Below, piece by piece: positions 52,549 to 63,223 of a DNA stretch of 64,000 nucleotides. The notes beneath the pieces were generated by a model. The model did not search any database, was not told the origin of the DNA, and saw only the letters and a list, made by a program, of their open reading frames with translations. The DNA comes from Naegleria gruberi (taxonomy: Eukaryota): the NCBI GenBank assembly GCA_000004985.1, contig GG738853.1, one strand, 5' to 3'. Position numbers and translations under genes: made by a program. The number at the start of each line of letters is the position of its first letter. The first letter of the stretch is position 1.

Positions 52549-54404
52549 TTATTGACGGGGTGGTATTGGGAGTCTGGATGGATTGCTTCTTGATGCTTGT
52601 TGTAATTTTTTACCCATTCTTAAATGGAATTCAAATACTACAAATTCAGCAACAACACAAGCTGCCACAATCACAAAGATGGCAAAGTAAAATCCAATAC
52701 TGAGATCACAAGTCTTAGTGTTTGGATTTACATATTGGAAGAAGTAGCTTGAGCAAGATGGATCAATACATTGGTTAGTTGGTACATAGTATGATTGAGC
52801 TCCTTTGCAAGTTGAAGCAATACTCAATCCTTTACAGAAATCAGGATTGAAATTATTGTATTCAACTCCAGCTCTTTTGATTAAACCGACCTTATATTTG
52901 GACATGTCAAGAACAGGAATGAATAATTTTGACCAAACCAATGTACCAATTTCAATAGAAGGATCAAAAGTAACTAAATCTCCATCATAAACATAAAAAC
53001 CTTCGTCTCTTTTGTACAAGCTTAATCCATTTGGTCCATAGAGGATAGATAATGGAATGACAAATTTTTCATAATTCTTATCATCTCCATCTCCCAAAAC
53101 AAATGATAAAGCTGGTAAAGAATTAATCTGTTCCTCTGTCAAAACTCCATTAATTCCTGAAACCAAGTTATATTTCAATAACCAACTCATTACAGCTTCA
53201 TAAAAAGGACCAGGGAGTGCAATTCCATCAATTCTGGTTGAAAATGTGATTTTCCAACTACTGCTATAACCAGAAATTAAGTCAATACCGTTCATCGATC
53301 TGTTGCTACTCAAAAATGAGCTAGAACATTCCATAGATAAATGATAAACTGGCAGCCTGTGATCATAAGTATAGATATATGTGTTTGATTCCGATTCTTT
53401 GGCATATTTCCAAGCATTTTCATTAATTCTATATTGTCTTTCTCCCCAGTATATCTTACGATGATTAGGATCAACTAAATCACTTTTCAAAAGCTCATCT
53501 TCAATAGTTTTTTTCCCAATATAAATTGCACCTCCATTTTCAGAATAAGTTTCATTATCAAATTTGAGGTGAAGAGCCATTTGCTTGTATGTTGGATCAT
53601 CCTTTTCAACCAAACTTTTGAAAGTTACATTGAAAATACCATATCCTAATCCAATAATTCCATCCAATCCCTGCCAAATATCACTGTCAGCATATGCAAT
53701 CTCAATTGTATAATATGGTTGAGTAGCAACTGTTGGATAAGTCCTTTCCAAAGATCCAATAGACAACTTTTTAACTGGAATATTTGGCTTATTTCTATCG
53801 ACAGTAACCTTCTTAACTTCAAAGGATTTTTTCATTATTGTCTCATTGATAGACTTGTAATAAGTAAAATGTCTTTTAGTTTCTGGACACTTTTCGCATT
53901 CAACTAGAAGAATAATTTTAAAATTATTGCAAATTGAAAAAGTTTAAACCTACCAGCAGAACAAGTTAGTGATTCAAAACAACCATTTGATTTAGACTTG
54001 GATGAACAGCAAAATTGTATAAGAAGAGGTTCATGAGAATCAATAAATAAAGTAAGAGGTTCCTCATCATCATTCAAAGTAGCATTTACAAAATATTGAT
54101 CCAAATAATGAATTGGTTTATCATCCGCAATTGTATAATTTCTCGGTGTAATATCAACCCTTCTTTTTCCTATCGGAATAATTGTAGCCATCATTTGTTC
54201 TGTACAAATAAAAATAATAAAAATTACAATCATCAATAATACAACCATCATATTACTGCTACGTAGTGATCCAACATTTTTGAAGGATGACGATCGTTTC
54301 ATCATTGCTTCCCCAATATTGAGGTGAGGATACAATTTCCTCTTTGATGTCGTCATTTTTTTTATTTTTAATTTTACTTTCCAAAATCGCTCTATTATGA
54401 TCAT
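52549..54404 (-). CDS. pepsin-like (A1 family fold) membrane protein with degenerate catalytic motifs; 2 exons, join(53954..54404, 52549..53903)
   Basis: The spliced protein has a signal-anchor ('MMVVLLMIVIFIIFIC'), then 'YFVNATLNDDEEPLTLFIDSHEPLLIQFCCSSKSKSNGCFESLTCSAG|VECEKC', which matches the pepsin N-lobe layout with D-S-H-E in place of D-T-G-S. Further on come the flap-like 'DGIIGLGYG', 'FDPSIEIGTLVWS' in the position of the second DTG/DSG, and a C-terminal transmembrane segment ('IGFYFAIFVIVAACVVAEFVVF') with a basic tail. A 50-nt intron (GTAGGT...TTCTAG) joins the exons in frame. Confidence 0.45.
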
Positions 54405-54458
54405 AATGTCTCCTATTCAGATTTTAGAAAATATTGAGAATAAAGGTTTAATAAGCGT

Positions 54459-56031
54459 TTACAATATTTTATAAGATCTCATTTTCAATTTTTGTTTAAG
54501 AGGAACCTCGCTTTCAGTAGAGGGAAGTTTAGAATTGATAGGTAATTGAAACTCTGATTCTTCACTTGAAGAATTTGTGGTAGTTGGAGAAATTGTTGAA
54601 TTGGTTGGTGTTGTTAGAGTTGCATTAGTTTGATGAGTTGCTGCTGCTGTCAGTGGCGAAACAATTTTACCATTAGTATTAATCAGAGTTGAATCATTGA
54701 GAAAGTGTTTGAGATTATTCTTGGTCTTTTCTTGAGCTCTTCTCAATTCTTTCTGATTGATAGTATGTTTCTGAATACCTGAATGAATAGGAGTGAGTGT
54801 TCTTTGTTTATGTGAGGTAGGAGAGGTAGCAGAATGGATTTGGTTAGAATGTCGACCATTGTTATTTACCATATGAGTCGGTTGCCTATTGGGTATGTTA
54901 TTATGTACATTGGAAGGTTGTCAATATTACGTTAGCAGTATTATTACTGTTGTTTCCTAGGAGATTTGATGCACCATTATTGGAAGTTTGTTTGAGTTGT
55001 TGCTGTTGTTGGTTAAGCCAAAGATTTGAGAAATTTGGACTCTCATCATTAGACAATAGACTGTTAGTGAGATTGGAACTGAATGCATTGGAGTGAGTAC
55101 TATCATTGGGTGATGAAAGGAGTTCAATCTTTTGCGGAGAGCTGGTAAATAAGCTCACTCTATCCTGATAGGAAGTATTTGGTGTTTTGAGAGGAGTTAC
55201 CAAATGACTCATTACACCACTACTTGCTGCATTTGGAGAAAAGGTAAATAATCTATCAAGGAATCCACCCTTACTTGGTGAGTTTGCAATCGTTGAAGAA
55301 AGGAATGGAAAGTTGTGTGCAAAGTTATTGTTATTCATCATCAAAATGGATGATGGAGAGGAAGTTGCAGCAATAGCAGCTGGACCATTAGTGATAGCTG
55401 AGGTTGTAATAGTACTCGACATACTACAACTTGGACCATTAGTAGAATTGATAAGAGTGTCCAATATTGAGGAGGAATGATTCGAATTGTGATTGCTCAA
55501 CATTTTTGTTTCATTGTTTGACATTAGACTATTCTTATTGGTTATTATGGTTGGAGTTATAGCTTCAGTACCCTCATCTATTCTCAATTGGTCAACTTCG
55601 TCCTCCTCGTCATCTTGGTCTTCATCCATTTTTTGAAGACTTTTGTTATCATTGTAAACATTCAAATTCTTGAAACTTTTTGGACATGAAGATAATAGAG
55701 AAGGAGCCTTCGAAGGTAAACTCAAACAGTCAATTGTGCCTTCATCAATGAGAATTTGTTGAGTAGTTGAAATGCCAGTAGTAGGTGTATTATAATTATT
55801 GGTGTTATTACTCAAATCGTGAATGGAATTCGTCTGCGAAGTATTATTTCTATTTTGGGAAGATGAATTATTATCTGATGACAATGTAATAGTATTAGAA
55901 ATAGGCTCCCTGGTACGTGTACTTTCCATACTAATGGATGAAATGTTCGGTTTCAGTGAAAAGTATGAGCTTTGCATTCTATTGCCGTTGGTTTTTTGTA
56001 AAATTTCAAATAATTTTCTATTAGAAAGCAA
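54459..56031 (-). CDS. S/T/N-rich low-complexity protein. Two ORFs (54901-56031 and 54459-54872) are separated by 27 nt and may be one gene with a frameshift, or two separate genes.
   Basis: Composition is extremely S/N/T-biased. The downstream ORF has a basic motif 'INQKELRRAQEKTKNNLKHFL'. No family was assigned. Confidence 0.25.
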
Positions 56032-56766
56032 ACTAAAATGAATAATGTAAACTTGTATTTTGGAAATGAAGAAGGCTTGTGTTTAGAGAAACGTGACTTC
56101 TCACTGTGTTCGTTAGTGGATGCAGGAGTGGTGTTGTGAATTTTTTTAATCCTTTCTTTTCCAACAGACGTTTGACATTGTAGAGTTTTAATTGAAGCCA
56201 ACCATTCTCTGACTGCATGAAACCAATCAACCACAATTTAGATAAACAACATTAAAGTAAACTGGCTATTGAGTGATGAAGATTGACTGATTATTCATTC
56301 GTACTAAGTCATGCACTCATTGGGAACATCACCTTTAATAACAAGTGTACAAATACATTGTTTTATTTCAATGAGAATCAAAATGTCTATTAAGATCAAT
56401 TTTGAACCAATCCTTGGATAGGCTGAAGAATAATTAAGAGGAGCAATAATTTCATTCCTCTTTCTGTTTTCTGTAATGTCTTAATTGGCTTTCTAATTGA
56501 TTTCAATCATGATGATACAATTTCATTAAATTAGCATAAAAACCACTCAATACATCCTCTTTTCCAAAAACTATTAATATGCTCTATTGCATCATTAATT
56601 TTTTTTAATTGTTATTGTTTTTATGAATATCTATTTGGAGGACGGAGAGAAATTTCCTGACTCCATCTCCGGTGGCTTCTTGCTGCACAAAGATGGCTCA
56701 TCTTACAAAAGCAATTTAAAAAATTTTAAAAATTTTAATAAAATAACAATTACACTTTATAAAAAA

Positions 56767-58188
56767 ATGAGCAGCAAGAACTCCACCACTACAAAGCCTC
56801 GTTTCAACTATCAAACCGTCGTTGGTGTGAACGGTCCTCTCGTCATTTTGGACAATGTTAAATTCCCAAAGTTTGCTGAAATCGTACACTTAACTCTGGG
56901 TAATGGACAAAAACGTAGAGGTCAAGTCTTGGAAATTGTTGGTAATAAAGCCGTCGTCCAAGTTTTTGAAGGAACATCAGGTGTTGATGCCAAGAATACT
57001 ACAGTTGAATTTACTGGTGATGTCTTGAAGATGCCAGTTTCTGAAGATATGTTAGGAAGAATCTTCAACGGATCAGGAAAGCCAATCGATAATGGTCCAC
57101 CAGTCTTGGCTGAAGAATTTTTGGATATTCAAGGTCAACCTATTAATCCATTTGCTCGTCTCTATCCACAAGAAATGATCCAAACCGGTATTTCTGCTAT
57201 TGATACTATGTGTTCTATTGCCAGAGGTCAAAAGATTCCAATTTTCTCTGGTTCCGGTCTTCCACACAATGAAATTGCTGCTCAAATCTGTAGACAAGCT
57301 GGTTTGGTTGGTAAGAAGGAAAACTTTGCTATTGTTTTTGCTGCTATGGGTGTTAACCAAGAAACTGCTCGTTTCTTTAAGAGAGACTTTGAAGAAAATG
57401 GTTCTATGGAAAATGTTACACTTTTCTTGAACCTTGCCGATGACCCAACCATTGAAAGAATTATTACACCACGTTTGGCTCTTACAACAGCTGAATATTT
57501 GGCTTACGAATGTGGTTATCACGTTCTTGTTATTTTGACCGATATGAGTTCTTATGCCGATGCTTTGAGAGAAGTTTCTGCTGCCAGAGAAGAAGTCCCA
57601 GGTAGAAGAGGTTATCCAGGTTATATGTATACTGATTTGTCCACTATTTACGAAAGAGCTGGACGTGTTGTTGGTAAACCAGGTTCAATTACACAAATTC
57701 CAATTTTAACAATGCCTAACGATGATATTACTCACCCTATTCCTGATTTGACTGGTTATATTACAGAAGGTCAAATTTACGTCGATCGTCAATTACACAA
57801 CAGACAAATTTATCCACCTATTAACGTTTTGCCAAGTTTGAGTCGTTTGATGAAGAACGCTATTGGTGAAGGTTTCACAAGAGAAGATCACGGCAGTATT
57901 AGTAACCAATTGTATGCTGCTTATGCTATTGGTAAAGACGTTATGGCCATGAAGGCTGTCGTCGGTGAAGAAGCCCTTTCAGCTGAAGATCACTTGTATC
58001 TCGAATTTTTGGAAAAGTACGAAAGAAATTTCTTATCTCAAGGTTTCTATGAATCTAGAACCATTTTTGATTCTTTAGATAAGGCTTGGGAACTTGGTAG
58101 AATTTTCCCTAAGGAAATGTTGACCAGAGTCACTGAAGCCATCAAGGAAAAGTACTATCAAAGACAAGCCCCTACTGAAGAAAAATAA
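56767..58188 (+). CDS. VMA2: V-type proton ATPase subunit B (473 aa)
   Basis: It is collinear with ATP6V1B/Vma2: '[26 protein letters not shown]', '[12 protein letters not shown]', '[32 protein letters not shown]', '[23 protein letters not shown]', '[54 protein letters not shown]'. The start is placed at the ATG at 56767. The upstream part of the track ORF reads through the 5' UTR. Confidence 0.9.
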   Translation: MSSKNSTTTKPRFNYQTVVGVNGPLVILDNVKFPKFAEIVHLTLGNGQKRRGQVLEIVGNKAVVQVFEGTSGVDAKNTTVEFTGDVLKMPVSEDMLGRIFNGSGKPIDNGPPVLAEEFLDIQGQPINPFARLYPQEMIQTGISAIDTMCSIARGQKIPIFSGSGLPHNEIAAQICRQAGLVGKKENFAIVFAAMGVNQETARFFKRDFEENGSMENVTLFLNLADDPTIERIITPRLALTTAEYLAYECGYHVLVILTDMSSYADALREVSAAREEVPGRRGYPGYMYTDLSTIYERAGRVVGKPGSITQIPILTMPNDDITHPIPDLTGYITEGQIYVDRQLHNRQIYPPINVLPSLSRLMKNAIGEGFTREDHGSISNQLYAAYAIGKDVMAMKAVVGEEALSAEDHLYLEFLEKYERNFLSQGFYESRTIFDSLDKAWELGRIFPKEMLTRVTEAIKEKYYQRQAPTEEK

Positions 58189-58292
58189 ATATTTATTGTA
58201 TTATTGAATTACGAAAAGATTTTTTCACACTTTACAATATTCTGAAAGATATTTAGTTTGCTTTCAAGTTAAAAATATGATAATATATTTTA

Positions 58293-59741
58293 TTATCTCC
58301 TTCTAGGTGGATTCTTTCTCTTATTGAAAGCATTCTTGGAGTACAAATCGTAATCATCGTCTTGTTTCTTATTTAAAAGTTTGTTATTCTTCTTACTGAC
58401 ACCAAATCCTTTCAATTGATCTTCTCTATAAATTGGATCCTTATGATATTTTCCTCCCTTTGGAATTGGGTTAGTATAAATTGTACCTCTCAAAGAAATC
58501 TTTGCTTTTGGATTATAGTAGAAATTGAGAGTACCATCTTCATCCATAACACAGGTAATTCTCTTAAGTGTTTCGTGTCCACAATTTGGACAGAATCTAC
58601 GTTCAACATCAGGAACAATAGTATAACAACATGTACAACGTTTAACCCATTGAGAAAGGTATTTGATTCTGAAACCATCAACTGAAACAAGGTTAAGACC
58701 CATATGGGCAAGAACGTGTTGCACAGAAAAATCTGATGTGACACAACCAACCTTATGTTCAACACCAGTCTGTTGAGGAGCAAGTCTTCCAACATATTTG
58801 ATGGCACCAACCTTTTCTTCTGGCTTTGTGGCAACTGGTTTGGTTTCAGTATTTTCAGATCCTTCTTCTTGAATTTCAATTTCTTCTGATTGATCTTCAG
58901 ATTTTTGTTCAGTTTCTTGAGTTGAAAAATCATCAGTCTTTGCTACAGACCATGAAGTATCCTTATTCAAGTTATTGGTTCTTTCCTTATATTCCTTGAT
59001 ATTTTCTGGTGTAATCCATTCTCCATCATCTTCATCATCTTCTTCCTCTTCAACAACCTTTTCTTCAGTATCAGCTTCTTCTTCTTCAGCTGTTACATCA
59101 CTTCTTTGAGAACCAACTGGTTTATCTTCCATCTTATTTCTCAATTCAGAATATGCAAGAGGTGTAGAACATTTAATACCAGCAGCAATATTAAGAGATT
59201 TTGGTTCAGGTTTCAAATTCTTTGTTCCGTTCATTTCCTTTTCAATTGTTAAAGTTAAAGCAATAATGCCAATATCAGTAGCAGATAAATTAGCATAGTC
59301 ACCAGTCTTTTTGGCATATCTAGAAACAGTTTTGATATCATCTTCAGTTGGTTCACGAACGTGAATATCAAAAGGAAGTGTAAGAAGGATATGTCTCGAT
59401 CTAGAGTCTTTAATTTCATTCAAAACTTGTGGAGTGGTGATAAATTTACTACCATGTTTTTCAATCTTCATATAATTAATAAAAGCACCAGCATCAAGTA
59501 CAAGAATTCTTTCATTATCAAAAGAAAGTGCTGATACATCCTCCTGTTCTTCATATTTAGAATAATTCAAAAATCCTCCACTTGTTTTTTCCGATGTTGT
59601 TGTTGTACTACTACTATTATCAGTTATTAAATTTTGCAAACTCATCTCTGTTGGTGGCTTGACCACAGCCTTTTGTTCCGAAACAATAGGTTGTTTAATC
59701 AATTCTTCATCAACGACCAAAGGTATTCCCCAAGCACTCAT
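58293..59741 (-). CDS. NOB1: NOB1 (20S pre-rRNA D-site endonuclease; PIN domain plus zinc ribbon)
   Basis: It has an N-terminal PIN domain ('ILVLDAGAFINYMKI', 'ATDIGIIALTL') and a long acidic insert. The C-terminus 'FSVQHVLAHMGLNLVSVDGFRIKYLSQWVKRCTCCYTIVPDVERRFCPNCGHETLKRI' matches the NOB1 zinc-ribbon signature (C..C....FCP.CG). Confidence 0.7.
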   Translation of the reverse strand: MSAWGIPLVVDEELIKQPIVSEQKAVVKPPTEMSLQNLITDNSSSTTTTSEKTSGGFLNYSKYEEQEDVSALSFDNERILVLDAGAFINYMKIEKHGSKFITTPQVLNEIKDSRSRHILLTLPFDIHVREPTEDDIKTVSRYAKKTGDYANLSATDIGIIALTLTIEKEMNGTKNLKPEPKSLNIAAGIKCSTPLAYSELRNKMEDKPVGSQRSDVTAEEEEADTEEKVVEEEEDDEDDGEWITPENIKEYKERTNNLNKDTSWSVAKTDDFSTQETEQKSEDQSEEIEIQEEGSENTETKPVATKPEEKVGAIKYVGRLAPQQTGVEHKVGCVTSDFSVQHVLAHMGLNLVSVDGFRIKYLSQWVKRCTCCYTIVPDVERRFCPNCGHETLKRITCVMDEDGTLNFYYNPKAKISLRGTIYTNPIPKGGKYHKDPIYREDQLKGFGVSKKNNKLLNKKQDDDYDLYSKNAFNKRKNPPRRR

Positions 59742-60413
59742 TTTTTCTTATTCAATTTTTCAATTTCTAATTGCAGTGTTGTTTTGATGCACAATATTCT
59801 TGATGTTCTTCACAGGCTCAATTTTACATTTGCGATTTTTTCTCAAACCACAACCAAGAGCGGGAAGATGAAGAATTAGAGAAGAGTGAGGAAAAGCCAA
59901 TGCACACGAAGGTTATCGAATGGGTTCATCTTGTATCGGTTGGGGAGTTTTTCTCTGACCACTCTGTTCATAGAGGTCATTGAGGTGGTTCGAAAGAGTC
60001 ATCTTGGACAAGTGCAATCGAGGGATGGTTATCAGATGAAGTGATTCGTCTATCAAATCTTTACCTCTAGAGTGAGGATTGAACGTTGACGAGCAATCCT
60101 CTAGTTTGGGGTAAAACATTTTGTTTGTCCCACTCCATTAAAAGTTATCACTTCTTTAGCAATTATTTAAGATTTAATTAAATTTAAAGATTATTTAAAT
60201 ATATTTAAAAAATGTCTCAATCGCTGATATCATTTGTTATTGCTCCATCATTTATTGTGAGTGCAGCTATTGCTTTCTTTAATGTGTAGGTACTCCATAA
60301 TTTTCATGAGAAAGTAAAGGATTTGAAGAGCATTCCGACAATTAAATTCAACAGAGGAGGAACAAGATTCATCAACAAATCAAAACCAATTATCGGAACC
60401 TCAGTTTGTTTCA

Positions 60414-60839
60414 TTGATGGCTGAACCATCTCCTAATTCAACAAAAGTTGTGGAGGAAATGAGTAAGACACAATCTAGTAAAATATCAAATGGAAGATCG
60501 ACACTGGATAGGGATGTTGCCTTTGTTATGGGACAAGCTGAAATGCCATTGACTGTCTATGAGAGTCCACTCATGGTTTCATACAGAGAGTTTCAAAACA
60601 TGAAACGTGACGACAATTCAGATGGATACTACCTTGTACAGAGGAAAGTTATTTCTAATGAGGAAAATTCAAACAAATCAAAGAAAAAACAAAGGAAATC
60701 AAATTTGGATCAATCAATAGAACAATTATTCAAGGATGAGGGAGAGGGAAGTGAAGTATTATTATTGTATGGAAGAGGACCTGTTTTCAAATTGGATAAT
60801 AATGCCTATGCTGATAGATATCTTGGATTTGATGATTAA
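60414..60839 (+). CDS. hypothetical protein (141 aa); the real 5' end is uncertain
   Basis: An ORF with coding-like composition, located between the convergent NOB1 and RNA-ligase genes. No family was assigned. Confidence 0.2.
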   Translation: MMAEPSPNSTKVVEEMSKTQSSKISNGRSTLDRDVAFVMGQAEMPLTVYESPLMVSYREFQNMKRDDNSDGYYLVQRKVISNEENSNKSKKKQRKSNLDQSIEQLFKDEGEGSEVLLLYGRGPVFKLDNNAYADRYLGFDD

Positions 60840-60889
60840 TTACATTTTGGAATGATTTCACAATTATTGAAATTGAGAAAGCTCACTAT

Positions 60890-62646
60890 TTATTCTTGTT
60901 CTTCGGCATCATAAATTTGAGGTCTAGATGAGGATTGTTGTTCTCTTCTCAACTTGAGAGTTTCATCATATCTCTTCTTTTCTTCAAGATATTTACTTTC
61001 GAAAATGTTGAGTTTGATTTCTGTCACTTGTTCCATACATTCCCTAATTTCTTGGAGGACATTATTCTTGACCTTCTTCTTAGTATTTACTGTTGGTTCC
61101 AACTTTTTGATAAGCTTTGTAAGAACCTTTTCTTGAACCTTATCATCCTCCCAATCAAAGTAACCAGAAACAACTATTTCAAGTCAGTTATCAATCAATT
61201 AAATAAAAACTTACATTCAGAGTAAAGCTTATTTGTTTCCTTTTGGAGTGGGAGAACACCTTGAGCAAAATATTCCTTCTTGGTTGGATACTTTTCTCTC
61301 AGTTCTGTTCCCTTTTCAATTATCTTTTGACAGAATGAATTCAATGCATTCCAAAAGTTACTGACGAAATCTTCCAACTCAGTTTTCATTTCCTTAGTTT
61401 GCAAATTACTTTGAATGTCATCTACGGTATTTTGCAAAACAGCCCACCAAATATCAGTGTCTGAAATCTTCTTATTATCAGTTTTGCAAGAGTGGAGTTC
61501 GAGATACCAACTACATTTGATTTTGTACATTTTTCCAGATGGTTCGAATCTAATGACGAAACCTTCAATTCCAATTTGTTCCTTGATGAATTTCAGCACA
61601 TTTTCCAAATTTGTTTCAGAATTCAAACTTGCAAGTGGTTTCGTGTATTCTACGCCGAATTCTTCGCATGATCTTCTAGTTTCTTCATAGGAAACATAAT
61701 GACCATCATAGTTATTTCTGATGCCAAGTAACACTAATGAAGTGTGGTCATATAATAATACAATTTGGTTTTGAGGAGAGACCAATTCAAAGATTGGACT
61801 GTATCCCTTCTTGATCCAATAAATGGAAAATTCAATGAATGATTTAAACTTTCCTGTATAACTATCTGATAATCTGTATTCATCATTTGACATATCAATA
61901 ACTGGGAATTGTGACGCATCATTACTTCCATAAATAAATGCTTCTGCTAATTTTGATGGATCAGTAACCCAACCCATTTTAGTTCTAAATCTCAAAAGTC
62001 TCTTGTTGGCATCATTCAAACTTGGTTCTTTTGCAAGAATTGAACAAACCATAGTACCGTCCTATAATGAAATTATTTAAATAATTAAAATATTAAAGTG
62101 ACATACCATCTTATCTAAAATAATGTGATTTTCAGTAAAATCAATTGAAGTTGGTTCAGTTTCTGGTTTTTCACCAACATTGAAAAACTTTTGTAAACCT
62201 CTTGATGCACAAGCTCCGGTTTCCAAGTCATAACATACTCCTCTGCATTCTCTCGCAAACAAATAGGCAGCTCTTCTAATTTCACTAATTTCGTCATCCA
62301 ATTTTCTTTCTGACAAATCTCCAAAAGTAAACCATGTCATGTAATTGTAATTGAAAAAGGCCATATTATTTTCATGTTTTTCAACATATGGGAATGGTTG
62401 CTTCAATGCTTCCAAATCATTCCTTACAATTTTCAAAGCAGTTCTCAGATCTTTAATATCATCAAGGAGAGGAAATAATCCATGAGTTTTACTCAAAATA
62501 GATTCCAATCTTGATTGTTCCACACCAGCCAATAATTGTTCCTTTGTAACTTTTGGCAGTGCATGGAAAGGATTAGCCTTTGGTACCACTTCGGATGTTG
62601 TTGATGATGATGGCACAGATGTTTCTGCTGATGGTTGTTGAGACAT
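60890..62646 (-). CDS. ATP-dependent RNA ligase, T4 Rnl1-like; 3 exons, join(62107..62646, 61215..62061, 60890..61173), about 556 aa
   Basis: The spliced protein aligns block-by-block with T4 RnlA: 'NYNYMTWFTFGD...ARECRGVCYDLETG' against T4 '[25 protein letters not shown]'; 'KFFNVGEKPETEP' against 'KFFNLNENPFT'; motif I 'IILDKM|DGTMVCSIL' against 'ILTKEDGSLVSTY' (KxDG, split by a 45-nt intron); 'FIEFSIYWIKKGYSPIFELVSPQNQIVLLYD' against 'ANFEFVAPTNRIVLAYQ'; and motifs IV/V 'IEGFVIRFEPSGKMYKIKCSWYLELHS' against '[25 protein letters not shown]'. The C-terminal exon is helical, like the Rnl1 C-domain. Introns are 45 nt (GTATGT..TATAG) and 41 nt (GTAAGT..AATAG), and the phases sum to 1671 nt. Confidence 0.7.
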
Positions 62647-63223
62647 TTTTTGTATTTTAAGTTCACGTCTTTACCGGTGCTCGGTAATGGTTTTATTGAT
62701 ATGTGATTCACTTCTGCAAGTTGTAAATTGAATATCATGATGCACAATTCACAAACGGCTCCAACCTGAAGGACTTCATTTTCAAATCAATACACAAATG
62801 GAAAAAGGGTAAGGTTTCTGTGGTAATTATTCGAAATTAACAGAGTTTAAATAATGTATCCTCTGATCAGATTAACACGGTAAATCATTGGAAATGAAAC
62901 TGACCAATATTTGTCTACTATTTTAATGGATACTCTGTTGCATCATTGGTAGCTTCCAGCCAATAAGTACAGTTTAATAGGTGGTTCAAAGATTCGAATA
63001 AGACAAGCAAAAGCTAAAGAAATCCACAAATAAAAGACACAGCACTAATACTGATACGCTATTAATGAACGTTCTTCAGTATTGAATTGGAATTTCTTAT
63101 CCATCGATGTCTAGATATTATTCAGTCTAACGTAAGACTTTCATGAGTCAAAAATAAAAAACTCTTGCTAAATGAAACATTAATTCATTATCAACCAATT
63201 CTTGGGAGTTTTTCGTAGTCGCA

